A stretch of 64,000 nucleotides of DNA from Gammaproteobacteria bacterium (GTDB lineage Bacteria; Pseudomonadota; Gammaproteobacteria; Steroidobacterales; Foliamicaceae). Shown piece after piece: positions 18,050 through 28,276 of this stretch; position 1 is the first letter of the stretch, and every line of letters begins with the position of its first letter. The notes below the pieces were generated by a model. The model had not been told where the DNA came from and made no database searches. It saw only the letters and a list, made by a program, of their open reading frames with translations. A program made the translations under genes and the position numbers. The stretch is taken from positions 89,949-153,948 of the forward strand of contig JAPOTY010000037.1 in NCBI GenBank assembly GCA_026708965.1, read 5' to 3'.

Positions 18050-19455
18050 ATGCGCGGGCCCGCCTGATTGCCGCCTTCGCGCCGGCGCTGCTGGCGGTCG
18101 GGGCCTGCCAGCCCGCGCTCCAAGATGCTCAATCCGGCATTGCGATCAGCAACGTGACCGTGATTGATGCCGTGTCCGGCGAACGTACGGATCAGACGGT
18201 GCTCATCGACGGCGACCGGATTGCCGCCGTTGGCGATTCGGATTCAATGTATTTGAGCGGCTCTTTTGAAATGATCGACGGCACGGGCAAGTTTCTGATT
18301 CCAGGCCTCTGGGATATGCACGTGCATCTCACCTACGACGAGCGGCTGGTCGATTTCATGCCCGGGTTATTCATTCGCTACGGGATCACCAGCGTTCGAG
18401 ACACCGGCGGGCTTATGCCTAAGCTCCGGCCCGTGGTCGAGCGCATGCGCGCTGCGGACGCCATTGCTCCCCGGGTGTTTTTCAGCGGCCCGCTGCTCGA
18501 TGGCGAGCCGGTGGTTTATGACGGCGTGAATGCGGTCGAAGTGGGCATTGCCAGCCTCACTCCGGCCCAAGCCGAGGCGAACGTGGCTGATCTGAAGGCG
18601 CAGGGGGTCGATTTCATCAAGATTTACGAGATGGTGACCCCCGAGGTGTTCGATGCGCTGATCGAGGCCGGCCGGAGTTACGGCTTGCCGATCGCCGCCC
18701 ATGTGCCGCTGTCCATGCGCGCGTCCGCCGCTGCGCCTCGCGTGGATTCCATGGAGCACCTGCGCAATATCGTCCTCGACTGCGTGGACGATGCCCAGGA
18801 GCTTCTTGAAACGCGGCGGGAATACCTCGATGCCGGCAGGGAGCGTTCGGGGATCGATTTGCGAGCGGCCCTGCATCGCATGCAAAGGCTGGATGCGATC
18901 GACGCGCTGGACTGGGAGGTGTGCGGCGCGGTGCTGGGCACCATGCGCAACACCATCCAGGTGCCTACCGCCCGGCTCAGCGCCTTGAAGCTGTTCCCCG
19001 TGCATGAGCGCGGCGATTGGCCCGCGGCGCTGGCCCGAATGCCTCCTGCCCTGGTTGAGGAATGGAGCGCGCCGCCCGCTTGGATGGCCGCCGACCCCGC
19101 TTTCCAAGACCACCGTTTTGGCCAATATATGCTCGATATGATCGGCCGCATGCGCCAAGCCGGGGTGCCGATCGGGGCCGGCACCGACACGCCGCTGGCG
19201 CACGCGATTCCCGGCTACAGCCTGCACAACGAACTGGAAATCCTGGTGGCTGCCGGTTTGACGCCGCTGGAGGCGCTGGGCGCCGCGACCGTCCAGCCGG
19301 CGGCCTTCTTTTCCTTGCAGGACCAAATGGGCGCGGTCGCTCCCGGCATGCGGGCCGATCTGGTGCTGCTGCGCGCTAATCCGTTATCGGATATCCGCAA
19401 TACCCGATTTATCGACCGGGTCATCGCCCGCGGCCGGCTGATGCCAACCGAGTGA
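18046..19455 (+). CDS. Amidohydrolase-superfamily lipoprotein (metal-dependent hydrolase)
   Basis: Start at MNARARLIAAFAPALLAVGAC (lipobox). ATGA overlap with the pgsA stop. VIDAVSG...LIDGDRIAAVG...LIPGLWDMHVHL is the typical amidohydrolase N-terminus. Confidence 0.85.
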   Translation: MNARARLIAAFAPALLAVGACQPALQDAQSGIAISNVTVIDAVSGERTDQTVLIDGDRIAAVGDSDSMYLSGSFEMIDGTGKFLIPGLWDMHVHLTYDERLVDFMPGLFIRYGITSVRDTGGLMPKLRPVVERMRAADAIAPRVFFSGPLLDGEPVVYDGVNAVEVGIASLTPAQAEANVADLKAQGVDFIKIYEMVTPEVFDALIEAGRSYGLPIAAHVPLSMRASAAAPRVDSMEHLRNIVLDCVDDAQELLETRREYLDAGRERSGIDLRAALHRMQRLDAIDALDWEVCGAVLGTMRNTIQVPTARLSALKLFPVHERGDWPAALARMPPALVEEWSAPPAWMAADPAFQDHRFGQYMLDMIGRMRQAGVPIGAGTDTPLAHAIPGYSLHNELEILVAAGLTPLEALGAATVQPAAFFSLQDQMGAVAPGMRADLVLLRANPLSDIRNTRFIDRVIARGRLMPTE

Positions 19456-19496
19456 TGCCTGCATGGCCTGACCGCAACACGATAAGAGGGGAAATA

Positions 19497-20126
19497 ATGA
19501 AAAAGACTGTTTTGCTGATCCTAGGAATCCTCGCCTTTGCCGGAGCGCGCGCCGAACCGATGCAATGGGATCCCTCGCGCTACTCGCAGGAAGTCACGCG
19601 CTGCGACCGCCTCGCCTCGCATGGCGACGATCCCTGGGCCGTGGCGCCCGGCGTTTCGCAGGCCGATATGGATTTTGAGGCCGCCGCTGCCGCTTGCGAA
19701 CAGGCGGTGGCCGCGGATCCTGAAAATCCGCGGCTGCGCTACCAGCTTGCGCGGGTTTACGGCTATAGCGGCCAGGGCGGGAAGGCCTATCCCCACCGCG
19801 AGGCGGCGATCGCCGCGGATTATCCACAAGCCCTTTTCGTGAATGGCTACCTGCATTTTCTCGGCATCAACAAGGCGAAGAAAGATATATGCAGAGCGGG
19901 CAGCCTGTTTCGACGTTCCGCTCAATACGGCCGGCTTGCCGGACAAGTCGGATTCACGCGCTACGCGCTGGACGGCGCTTTCGCGGGCTGCGACGTGATC
20001 ATCGACCCGGAGGAACTCATGATGTTCCTTGAGGCAGCGGAGGAATCGAACAGCGATTTCTACGAGAGCATGCTGATCGCGATGCTCAAGAAAGAGGTCG
20101 CTGCGCTTAAGGAAGAGAACAAATGA
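19497..20126 (+). CDS. Secreted Sel1/TPR-like repeat protein
   Basis: Start at MKKTVLLILGILAFAGARA, with AAGAGGGG upstream. Paralogous to the first ~200 aa of the next gene. ATGA overlap with the next start. Confidence 0.7.
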   Translation: MKKTVLLILGILAFAGARAEPMQWDPSRYSQEVTRCDRLASHGDDPWAVAPGVSQADMDFEAAAAACEQAVAADPENPRLRYQLARVYGYSGQGGKAYPHREAAIAADYPQALFVNGYLHFLGINKAKKDICRAGSLFRRSAQYGRLAGQVGFTRYALDGAFAGCDVIIDPEELMMFLEAAEESNSDFYESMLIAMLKKEVAALKEENK

Positions 20127-22999
20127 AGAAACTGATTGCCGTTTGCGGACTGCTGGCCTTTGGCGGGATTTCCGCCGAAACGCTTGAATGGGACGCATCG
20201 CCGTATTCGCAGGACGCCACGCCGTGCGATCTGGCGGCTGCGCATCCGCTGGATCCCAACAAGGCGGCGCCGGGGGTGTCGCGGGCGGAAATGAGCTTTC
20301 CCGCCGCGATAGCGGCCTGCGAGGCGGCGGTGGCCGAGGACCCGGGCAACCCTAGGCTGCGTTATCAGCTCGCCCGCGTTTACACCTACAGCGGGCAGAC
20401 TGGAAAGGGATGGCCGCACATGGAGGCCGCCGTGGCTGCGGAGTATCCCCAGGCGCTGTTCGTGAGCGGCTACATGCAATATCTCGGCTACGCTAACACC
20501 GGGGAGGATGTCTGCGGGGCCGGGCGCTTGATTCGGCGCTCGGCGGAGTATGGGCGCCTTGCCGCCCAAGTCGGGTTTGTCCGCTATGCATTGGACGGCG
20601 GTTTCGACCGGTGCGAAGGCTTGGTGGAACCGGCGGAAATGCTGGATTTTCTTGCCGCCGCGGCCGACTCAACGAACGACTACTATCCAACCATGCTGAT
20701 CGGAATGCTGCGGAAGGAAATCGATTCCCGGGCAAGAGGGCGCCCCGCCCTCCGGGAAGACGGGATATCTTCCGCGCCTGCCCTTTTTGCAGCGGGGCGC
20801 GCATCCGCATCCGAAACGCTCGTCACGAACCAGGAGGAATACCGTGCCGCGGTCGAGCGCGCCAGTCCGGGGGACACCATCGTGCTCTCCAACGGAATCT
20901 GGCGCGATTTCGAGATTCTCCTTGCAGGCAACGGGGAGCCGGAACGGCCGATTACCCTGACGGCGGAAACAAAGGGACGGGTCGTTATCAGCGGCCAGTC
21001 CAACCTGCGGCTTGCCGGCAGCCACCTGGTCGTGTCCGGGTTGGTGTTCAGGGACGGCTACTCGCCGACCAACACTGTGATTTCCTTTCGGCGCGCGAAG
21101 GGTGAGCCCGCCAATTACTCAAGGGTGACGGAAACGGTGATCGACCGGTTCAACAACCCGGAGCGGCATGAGATTGACTTCTGGGTGCTGATGTTCGGGC
21201 GCCATAACCGCTTTGATCACAACCACCTTGAGGGCAAAGGCAATCTCGGAGTCACCATGGCCGTGCGGCTGGACGGCGAGGAAAACCAGCGAAACCGGCA
21301 CCGCATCGACCACAACTACTTCGGCCCGCGGCCGATACTGGGAGCCAATGGCGGCGAGACGCTGCGAATCGGCACCAGCCATTACTCGCTCGCCGATTCG
21401 CTGACCGTTGTCGAGAACAACGTGTTCGATCGATGCGACGGCGAGCTGGAGATCATTTCCAACAAGTCGGGCGGCAATATCTTTCGCGGCAACCTGTTCC
21501 TGGAGTCGCGCGGCACGCTCACGATGCGCCACGGCAACAACGCCGTGGTGGAGGACAACGTATTTTTCGGCAACGGCGTTCCGAATACCGGCGGCATACG
21601 GATCATCAACAAGGGGCATGTGGTCCGCAACAACTATCTTTATGGGCTTGCCGGCTACCGTTTCGGGGCCGCCCTCACGGTTATGAACGGGGTCCCGGAT
21701 TCTCCGCTCAACCGGTATCATCAAGTCGAGGATGTCGTGATGGAGAACAACTCAATCATTCAATGCGACTACATTGAACTCGCCGGGGGAAGCGACGAAG
21801 AGCGTTCGGCGCCGCCGATCGGCAGCATATTCCGTTCCAACCTGGTGTTCAGCCGCGCCGGGGAAAATATCTTCCGCGCGCATGATGACATCAGCGGGAT
21901 AGCCTTTGCAGGCAACGTGGCGAACGCGGTCGCGGACCTGCCCGTAAAGAGTGGTTTTTCGACCGCCCCCATCGAGATGCAACAAGCCGCCAACGGGCTC
22001 TGGTATCCGGTTGGAGATGAACTCGCTTCAATCGGGGTGCGGGCGGACCTGCAGGTGCTGGACATGGACGACACAGGCGTTGCTTGGTACCCGAAACCCG
22101 AAGGGAAGGGGATGCCGCCCTCCGGGGATGCCGGGGCGCCGCGAAGGCAGACGCCTCGCTCCCAGGCTTCAGCGACCATTCCCGTCGCCCCTGGCGAGAA
22201 CGCCCTGTTCGAAGCCGCCGGCCGGGCTGAAGCAGGCTCCATCCTAGAGCTGGCCCCGGGCGCATATCGGGTCAGGAAGACAATCGTGGTTGATCGGCCC
22301 CTGGGCGTAAGGGCGGTCGAGGGCCGGGGGACGGTCAGGCTGGAGTTCGAGCGCTCGGCGCTTTTCGAGCTTGAGGAAGGCGGGCGCCTGGAGCTGTCGG
22401 GCTTGGAGATTTCCGGCGCAGCCTCTCCCGACATGTCGGGCAATGCGGTGGTTCGCACTAGCCGCTATTCAATGACGGGCAACTACGGCCTGGTGGTCGA
22501 GGACTGCTCGGTAAGCGACTTGGATGTCAATGACTCGTTTAATTTCCTTTCGGTGTCCAAGGGCACCTTCGCGGACGAGATTCGCATTGCGCGCTCCGAA
22601 TTCAGCGATATTACCGGCAGCGTGATTGCGTTGAGCAGGGAAACCGACGACTTGGGCCGCTACAACGGCGAGGTCATTTCAGTCGTCGAAAGCCGGTTCA
22701 GCAACATTGGCGGCGCCGTAGCCGATATTTACCGCGGCGGAACGGACGAGAGCACCTTCGGCCCGCGGCTTGAGGTACGCTCCAGCGTGCTGGATTCGGT
22801 GGGCCGCAACGCGCGCAACAAGACGGCCGCGTCGATACGGCTGCTGGGCGTGCAGGTGGCCGACATTCACGGGAATGAGTTTATCGACAGCCGGCCGATC
22901 CGCGTAACGCACACGGTCGGCGATCCGATCACGCGCATCAGAGGCAATCGCTTTGCCGGCACGCCGGAACCGATCATCAGCAAGGTCGGCAGGCCGTGA
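20123..22999 (+). CDS. PL6-family polysaccharide (alginate / poly-beta-D-mannuronate) lyase with N-terminal Sel1-like module and two beta-helix domains
   Basis: 958 aa with a signal peptide. The chondroitinase-B/PL6 core reads GDTIVLSNGIW...NHLEGK...GGETLRIGTS...DGELEIISNKSGGNIFRGN...TMRHGN. Confidence 0.85.
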   Translation: MKKLIAVCGLLAFGGISAETLEWDASPYSQDATPCDLAAAHPLDPNKAAPGVSRAEMSFPAAIAACEAAVAEDPGNPRLRYQLARVYTYSGQTGKGWPHMEAAVAAEYPQALFVSGYMQYLGYANTGEDVCGAGRLIRRSAEYGRLAAQVGFVRYALDGGFDRCEGLVEPAEMLDFLAAAADSTNDYYPTMLIGMLRKEIDSRARGRPALREDGISSAPALFAAGRASASETLVTNQEEYRAAVERASPGDTIVLSNGIWRDFEILLAGNGEPERPITLTAETKGRVVISGQSNLRLAGSHLVVSGLVFRDGYSPTNTVISFRRAKGEPANYSRVTETVIDRFNNPERHEIDFWVLMFGRHNRFDHNHLEGKGNLGVTMAVRLDGEENQRNRHRIDHNYFGPRPILGANGGETLRIGTSHYSLADSLTVVENNVFDRCDGELEIISNKSGGNIFRGNLFLESRGTLTMRHGNNAVVEDNVFFGNGVPNTGGIRIINKGHVVRNNYLYGLAGYRFGAALTVMNGVPDSPLNRYHQVEDVVMENNSIIQCDYIELAGGSDEERSAPPIGSIFRSNLVFSRAGENIFRAHDDISGIAFAGNVANAVADLPVKSGFSTAPIEMQQAANGLWYPVGDELASIGVRADLQVLDMDDTGVAWYPKPEGKGMPPSGDAGAPRRQTPRSQASATIPVAPGENALFEAAGRAEAGSILELAPGAYRVRKTIVVDRPLGVRAVEGRGTVRLEFERSALFELEEGGRLELSGLEISGAASPDMSGNAVVRTSRYSMTGNYGLVVEDCSVSDLDVNDSFNFLSVSKGTFADEIRIARSEFSDITGSVIALSRETDDLGRYNGEVISVVESRFSNIGGAVADIYRGGTDESTFGPRLEVRSSVLDSVGRNARNKTAASIRLLGVQVADIHGNEFIDSRPIRVTHTVGDPITRIRGNRFAGTPEPIISKVGRP

Positions 23000-25203
23000 T
23001 GCGACGGCTCTTTATTGTTCCGATTCTTACAGCCTTGGCGGTCGGCGGTTGGCCGCAGGACGGTCGGGCATCCCATCCCCGCCTGCTGCTAACCGCCGGA
23101 GATGTCGCCAATATCACCGCCACGATGCACGAATCACCGGGCTTCATGCGCTCGCTGGCCCGGACCCGGACTCGCGTTGACCGCTACTTCGCATCCGATC
23201 CCGATGTGCCTGCTCCGATGGATGCCGGCGGCGGCTACTCGCACGAGCAGCACAAGCGCAACGGCATCGCGATCCGCGAAGCCGGCATCGTCTATCAACT
23301 CACCGGCGACCGGCGCTACGCCGGTCATGCCAGATCGTTGTTGCTCGCGTACGCGGAACTGTATCCGGGCCTGGGCGAGCATCCGATGAAGAAGGAGCAG
23401 GCGCCGGGGCGGCTGTTTTGGCAGAGCCTTAATGAATCCGTCTGGCTGGTTAACGCGATCCAAGGCTACGATGCGATTGTCGGCACCCTTTCCGACAACG
23501 AGAAAAGCGCTATCGAAGAAGGTCTCCTGCGGCCCATGGCCGATTTTCTTTCGGTGGAATCGCCGCAGACATTCGACCGGATTCATAACCATGGAACCTG
23601 GGCGGCGGCCGCTGTCGGGATGACCGGATACACGCTCGACGACTCGGCGTACGTGGAGATGGCGCTCTACGGGCTCAATGGCGACGGCAAGGCCGGGTTC
23701 ATCCGGCAGATCGACCTGCTGCTTTCACCGGACGGCTACTACGCCGAGGGCCCGTACTATCAGCGTTACGCGTTGATGCCGCTGGTGGTTTTTGCCCGCA
23801 GCATCCATAACAACGATCCGGAACGGAAGATATTCGAGTATCGCGGCGGCCTGTTGCTAAAGGCGATTTATGCGTGCATCGAACTTTCCTATGGAGGCTT
23901 GTTCTTTCCGATCAACGATGCGGTCAGGGGAAAGGGGCTGGATACTGTCGAGTTGCGCCACGGCGTGGCTATCGCCTACGCGATGACTGGCGATCCTAAG
24001 CTGCTGTCGGTGGCGCGGATGCAGAAATCCTTCGTGCTTACCAGTGACGGATTCAAGGCGGCGATGGCGGCGGACCACGGCAAGGCGGAGCCCTACGAGC
24101 ATCGGTCCATGCTGCTCAGGGACGGCCCCTCCGGCGAGCAGGGCGGTTTGGCGATTCTTCGCAACGGCGCGGGACCGGGCCATCAGGCGCTGGTGTTCAA
24201 GGCCACGGCCCAAGGCATGGGACATGGCCATTTCGATAAGCTGCACTGGATATTCTACGACAACGGAAACGAGATCGTGGCCGATTACGGCGCCGCGCGT
24301 TTTCTCAATATCGAGCGCAAGAATGGCGGGCGTTATTTGCCGGAGAACGAGTCCTGGGCCAAGCAGACGGTTGCCCATAACACCCTGGTCGTGGACGGCG
24401 AGAGTCATTTCGGCGCCCGGCTGGCGGTTGGCGAGCGTTTCCACCCCGATGTGCTGTACTTCGGCAGCGACAAGGGTGTTCATGTTGCAGCGGCATCCAT
24501 GGACGGCGCCTACGAGGATGTTTCCTTCAGCCGCACTCTGGTTTTGGCGGACGGCGTGTTGGCCGATGGCCTCGTTGTGGTGGACGTGCTTGATGTGACC
24601 GGTTCGGGAGCGCGCCAATACGACTTGCCGGTTCATTTCAAGGGCCAAGTTATCGCTACCACCCCGCCGCTTCGCGCAAAAACCGAAGAACTGCTGCCGC
24701 TCGGCAGTGCCAATGGCTACCAGCATCTCTGGCTGCGGGCGGAAACCGAAGTGGCTGCCGACGCGCTGTTCTCGATGACCTGGCTGGCGGAAAATCGCTT
24801 CTATACGTATTCGATCCAGGTCGAAGAACCGCTGCAGGTGCTCTTTGCGGAACTCGGCGCCAACGATCCGCAGATCAATCTCAGGCGCGAGCAGGCCGTG
24901 ATCCTGCGAATGCGGAGCACGGGCGACAGCACCTTCGTTTCCACGCTGGAAGTTCACGGCGAGTACGATGCTGCGGAAGAATCCACGATCGGCAGCGAAG
25001 GGTCGATTACCGCGATCGAGCATTTCAGCGGAGGCGATGGCGCGCTGGTGAAGATTGCCAACAGACGGAGCGGCGAGCGCTACTTGGCGCTCTCGAATCA
25101 GTCCGGCCACGACCTTGAGCATGCGATCACGATTGCCGGGCGGGAGTTCGAGTGGAGCGGCTTTTACGGCCTGTTCGATCGAAACGGGCCGATCCGTAAA
25201 TGA
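22996..25203 (+). CDS. PL17-type oligoalginate lyase (alginate-lyase + heparinase II/III-like domains)
   Basis: 735 aa. HPRLLLTAGD...GGGYSHEQHKRNG...LFWQSLNESVWL...HNHGTW. Starts at GTG 22996 or ATG 22999, overlapping the PL6 stop. Confidence 0.85.
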   Translation: MMRRLFIVPILTALAVGGWPQDGRASHPRLLLTAGDVANITATMHESPGFMRSLARTRTRVDRYFASDPDVPAPMDAGGGYSHEQHKRNGIAIREAGIVYQLTGDRRYAGHARSLLLAYAELYPGLGEHPMKKEQAPGRLFWQSLNESVWLVNAIQGYDAIVGTLSDNEKSAIEEGLLRPMADFLSVESPQTFDRIHNHGTWAAAAVGMTGYTLDDSAYVEMALYGLNGDGKAGFIRQIDLLLSPDGYYAEGPYYQRYALMPLVVFARSIHNNDPERKIFEYRGGLLLKAIYACIELSYGGLFFPINDAVRGKGLDTVELRHGVAIAYAMTGDPKLLSVARMQKSFVLTSDGFKAAMAADHGKAEPYEHRSMLLRDGPSGEQGGLAILRNGAGPGHQALVFKATAQGMGHGHFDKLHWIFYDNGNEIVADYGAARFLNIERKNGGRYLPENESWAKQTVAHNTLVVDGESHFGARLAVGERFHPDVLYFGSDKGVHVAAASMDGAYEDVSFSRTLVLADGVLADGLVVVDVLDVTGSGARQYDLPVHFKGQVIATTPPLRAKTEELLPLGSANGYQHLWLRAETEVAADALFSMTWLAENRFYTYSIQVEEPLQVLFAELGANDPQINLRREQAVILRMRSTGDSTFVSTLEVHGEYDAAEESTIGSEGSITAIEHFSGGDGALVKIANRRSGERYLALSNQSGHDLEHAITIAGREFEWSGFYGLFDRNGPIRK

Positions 25204-25379
25204 CCGAACAGGTTGGATTGACGGCATGGCGATAAAAAAAATCCCCGCTCGATCATCGTGACACTCGTGGCGATTTCGACATCCAGCAGATCGCACTGTT
25301 TGCCTGGGCGCCATACGTGGACGCCGCGACCGGCCCGCTGGCTTCGAAGAACTCAAATTAGTCGTTAGAGGAAGCAAAT

Positions 25380-26126
25380 ATGGAAGACAAGGTAGCAATC
25401 GTCGCCGGCGGATCCAGGGACATTGGCAGAGCCGTGTCGCTGGCTTTGGCTGAGGCCGGCGCCAGCGTGGCCGTCAACTATTTCAATGATGCTGCCGCCG
25501 GAAAGGGGACCGTTGAGAGCATTCGGCGGAGGGGGGGGGCTGCGATCGCCGTTGCCGGCGATATGACGCGGCGCGGGGATGTCGAGAAGCTGGTGGGCGA
25601 GACTTGTCGGGAATTCGGCGGCTCGATTGATGTCTTGGTTAATGTGGTGGGCGGCCTGATCGCGCGCAAGACGCTTGCGGAGATGGACGAGGAGTTCCTC
25701 GAGCATGTCCTGCGTCTGAACGTGACCAGCACTTTTCTGACTACGCAATGCGTCCTTGCCCATATGGCGGAACAAGGTTCCATCATCAATCTCGCCTCGC
25801 AGGCAGGTCGGGACGGCGGCGGTCCGGGCGCGGCTGCCTACGCGGCATCCAAGGGCGCGGTGATGTCGCTTACCCGAGCGATGGCCAAGGAATTAGGACC
25901 GGTTGGAATCCGGGTGAATTGCGTGTGCCCGGGAATGATCGACACGGCCTTCCACGACACGTTCACCAAGGATGCCGTGCGCGCCAACGTTGCCGCCGCC
26001 ACGCCGCTGCGTCGCGAAGGAGAAGCCGAGGAAGTCGCGGGCCTTGTCGCCTACCTTGCTTCATCGCGGGCAAGTTTCATCACCGGGGCAAGTTTCGATA
26101 TCAACGGAGGCGCCTTCTTCTCCTGA
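25380..26126 (+). CDS. Short-chain dehydrogenase/reductase; by context a candidate 4-deoxy-L-erythro-5-hexoseulose-uronate (DEH) / KduD-type reductase
   Basis: 248 aa. The cofactor motif is AGGSRDIG, and the catalytic motif is YAASKGAV. The substrate is inferred only from the neighbours. Confidence 0.85.
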   Translation: MEDKVAIVAGGSRDIGRAVSLALAEAGASVAVNYFNDAAAGKGTVESIRRRGGAAIAVAGDMTRRGDVEKLVGETCREFGGSIDVLVNVVGGLIARKTLAEMDEEFLEHVLRLNVTSTFLTTQCVLAHMAEQGSIINLASQAGRDGGGPGAAAYAASKGAVMSLTRAMAKELGPVGIRVNCVCPGMIDTAFHDTFTKDAVRANVAAATPLRREGEAEEVAGLVAYLASSRASFITGASFDINGGAFFS

Positions 26127-26284
26127 TTCCTTGGGCGTGAAGCGCTCCGGCTTTCGCGGGGTTCGGGGCGACCTCCCGCCCGAGGGTGCGTCTATTGTCC
26201 GGGCTCGGACGCATGTGGGATTGGAGCTGGCCCGATCGAGTCGTTGTTTCCGCCTGGTTGCGGCGCGGTTTGAGGCCGCTGCCT

Positions 26285-27127
26285 CTACTTGAGCTGGCCG
26301 ACATCGAGCACGTTCATGTCCGTGTAATCGAGATTCTCGCCTCCCATCGCCCAAATGAACGAATAGTTGGAGGTGCCGCTGCCCGCATGGATCGACCAGG
26401 GCGGAGAAATAACCGCCTCTGAATCGCGCACGACGATATGGCGCATCGAATCGGGCTGGCCCATGAAGTGGAACACTCTCTGGCTGGCACCCAGCTCGAA
26501 GTAGAAATAGAATTCGGAGCGCCGGTCGTGCAGGTGCGGCGGCATCGTGTTCCAGACACTGCCCGGATTGAGAATCGTCAACCCCAGCAGCAACTGCGCC
26601 GAGCGGCAAGTTTCGGGCACGATGTATTTGTAGATCGTGCGGTCATTGGATGTTTCGAGCGAACCCATTTGAACGGGAACAGCCTCGTCGATGGAAATCT
26701 TGACCAGATCGAATCGCGCGTGCGCAGGCGTTGAGGCGAGATAGTAGCGCGCAGGATTGTCTTTACTGCCGCACTCGAAAAAGACCTCTTTCGAGCCCAT
26801 GGGAATATACAAGCCATCGCGGGGTTTCATCTCGAACGTCTTGCCATCGACGGATATTTTCCCGCTTCCGCCGCCCACATTGACCGTGCCCATCTCGCGC
26901 CGGTGAAGAAAGGGCGTCCCCGCCGCGGGCTCGGTTTGATCCGGCAATGCCACCGGGCCTGACACCGGCGCCGCGCCGCCAATGACCATGCGTTCGTTAT
27001 GCGCATAGCTCAGGTTGATCTGGTCGGCCACGAACAGGCCGGTCACGAGATAAAGATCGCGCAGGGCTTGGTTGCTCGCTCCATCCATCATGTCGGGGTG
27101 CGTTGCCTGGTGGATTTTTGAATACAT
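26285..27127 (-). CDS. kduI: 5-dehydro-4-deoxy-D-glucuronate isomerase
   Basis: 280 aa. Collinear with E. coli KduI from memory (NLWNTMP.H.H.RR.E.YFYF...GQP...RHIV...AVISP.WSIH.G.GT..Y.FIW.M.GEN). Confidence 0.9.
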   Translation of the reverse strand: MYSKIHQATHPDMMDGASNQALRDLYLVTGLFVADQINLSYAHNERMVIGGAAPVSGPVALPDQTEPAAGTPFLHRREMGTVNVGGGSGKISVDGKTFEMKPRDGLYIPMGSKEVFFECGSKDNPARYYLASTPAHARFDLVKISIDEAVPVQMGSLETSNDRTIYKYIVPETCRSAQLLLGLTILNPGSVWNTMPPHLHDRRSEFYFYFELGASQRVFHFMGQPDSMRHIVVRDSEAVISPPWSIHAGSGTSNYSFIWAMGGENLDYTDMNVLDVGQLK

Positions 27128-27150
27128 GGCTGTGACTCCTTGTTGTTGCT

Positions 27151-28251
27151 TTAAGTTGCTTGCGGACTGCTGAGTTCCCGGGTTGATTCCCGGACAATCA
27201 GTTCAGGAATGGTTTGGTTCGGCCCCGGCGGAACTTCCTCGTCGCCGAATGCAAGAAGGCTTTGAGCTGCGAGCAGGCCGATCTTGCGTGCCGGAGTGCG
27301 GACTGTCGTGAGGCGGGGCCATACTCGAGTGGCCGTCTCGAAATCGTCGAAACCGACAATCGAAAGGTCTTCCGGCGCCTTCAGGCCGGCAACATGCAGC
27401 GCCTGCAGCACGCCGGCGGCCATTTCATCGTTGGCCGCGAAAACCGCTGTTGGCGGCGGATCAAGATCGAGCAGGTCGGCGCCTCTGGCCAAGCCCGACT
27501 CGAACGTGTAGTCGCCCTGCAACAGATAGCGCTTTGGCGGGCGGAAGCCGAACTCCGCCAATCCGTCATCGAAGCCGGACTGGCGCTCATGCGCGGAGCG
27601 AAAACTCCTGCGGCCTGCGATCATGGCGATCCGGGAATGCCCTAGGCCCGCCAGGTGCCGGGCCGCTTCGCGGCTGCCCGCCCGATCGTTCGTCACAATC
27701 ATTCGCCGCTGCATATCCAGCTCGACAGAGGCCACGCGAACGTAGGCGCAACCAATTTCGCGCAATGTTTCCGCGAGGCGCTCGTCCTCGGATACGGACG
27801 GAGTCAGCACGACGCCGTAGAGCTTCTGCATTTCGATGAACTTTCGCGCGTCTTCGATAAAGGTGTCGCTGTTGCGGTTGCAAGGATGAACCACCAGCTC
27901 GAAATCGGTGCCCTTCAGGCCGTCAAGAATGCCCAGTTGCACGTTAACGACGTATTGCGGCGTGGGGTTGTCGTAGATCATGCCGACAAGGTACGAGCGC
28001 CGAAAAGCGAAACCACGCGCTTGCGGGTCCGGCTTGTAGCCGATGTCGCTGATCAGCGCCTTGATTCCCGCGCGCGTCGCATCGTTGACTTGCGGTGAAT
28101 CATTGATGACCCGGGAAACTGTTTTCTTGGAAACGCCGGCAAGCCGGGCCACATCGCCCATTGTCGGCTTCCGGTCGCCGGGATTGCTCTCGAACCAACT
28201 TCGGGCGGCAGCCTTGAAATCGGTGTCGGCTTTGCGGCTTCTTCTTCTCAA
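27151..28251 (-). CDS. LacI-family transcriptional regulator
   Basis: N-terminal [25 protein letters not shown] followed by a periplasmic-binding-protein-like sugar-binding fold. An alternative start at 28161 would truncate the HTH lead-in. Confidence 0.9.
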   Translation of the reverse strand: MRRRSRKADTDFKAAARSWFESNPGDRKPTMGDVARLAGVSKKTVSRVINDSPQVNDATRAGIKALISDIGYKPDPQARGFAFRRSYLVGMIYDNPTPQYVVNVQLGILDGLKGTDFELVVHPCNRNSDTFIEDARKFIEMQKLYGVVLTPSVSEDERLAETLREIGCAYVRVASVELDMQRRMIVTNDRAGSREAARHLAGLGHSRIAMIAGRRSFRSAHERQSGFDDGLAEFGFRPPKRYLLQGDYTFESGLARGADLLDLDPPPTAVFAANDEMAAGVLQALHVAGLKAPEDLSIVGFDDFETATRVWPRLTTVRTPARKIGLLAAQSLLAFGDEEVPPGPNQTIPELIVRESTRELSSPQAT

Positions 28252-28276
28252 GGAGTCCTCCGAACAGGGCTTTGCG

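Noticed and set aside
23857-25398. 513-aa minus-strand ORF
   Set aside because: Antisense to the PL17 lyase, with no motifs. It would also run across the intergenic region into the SDR start.
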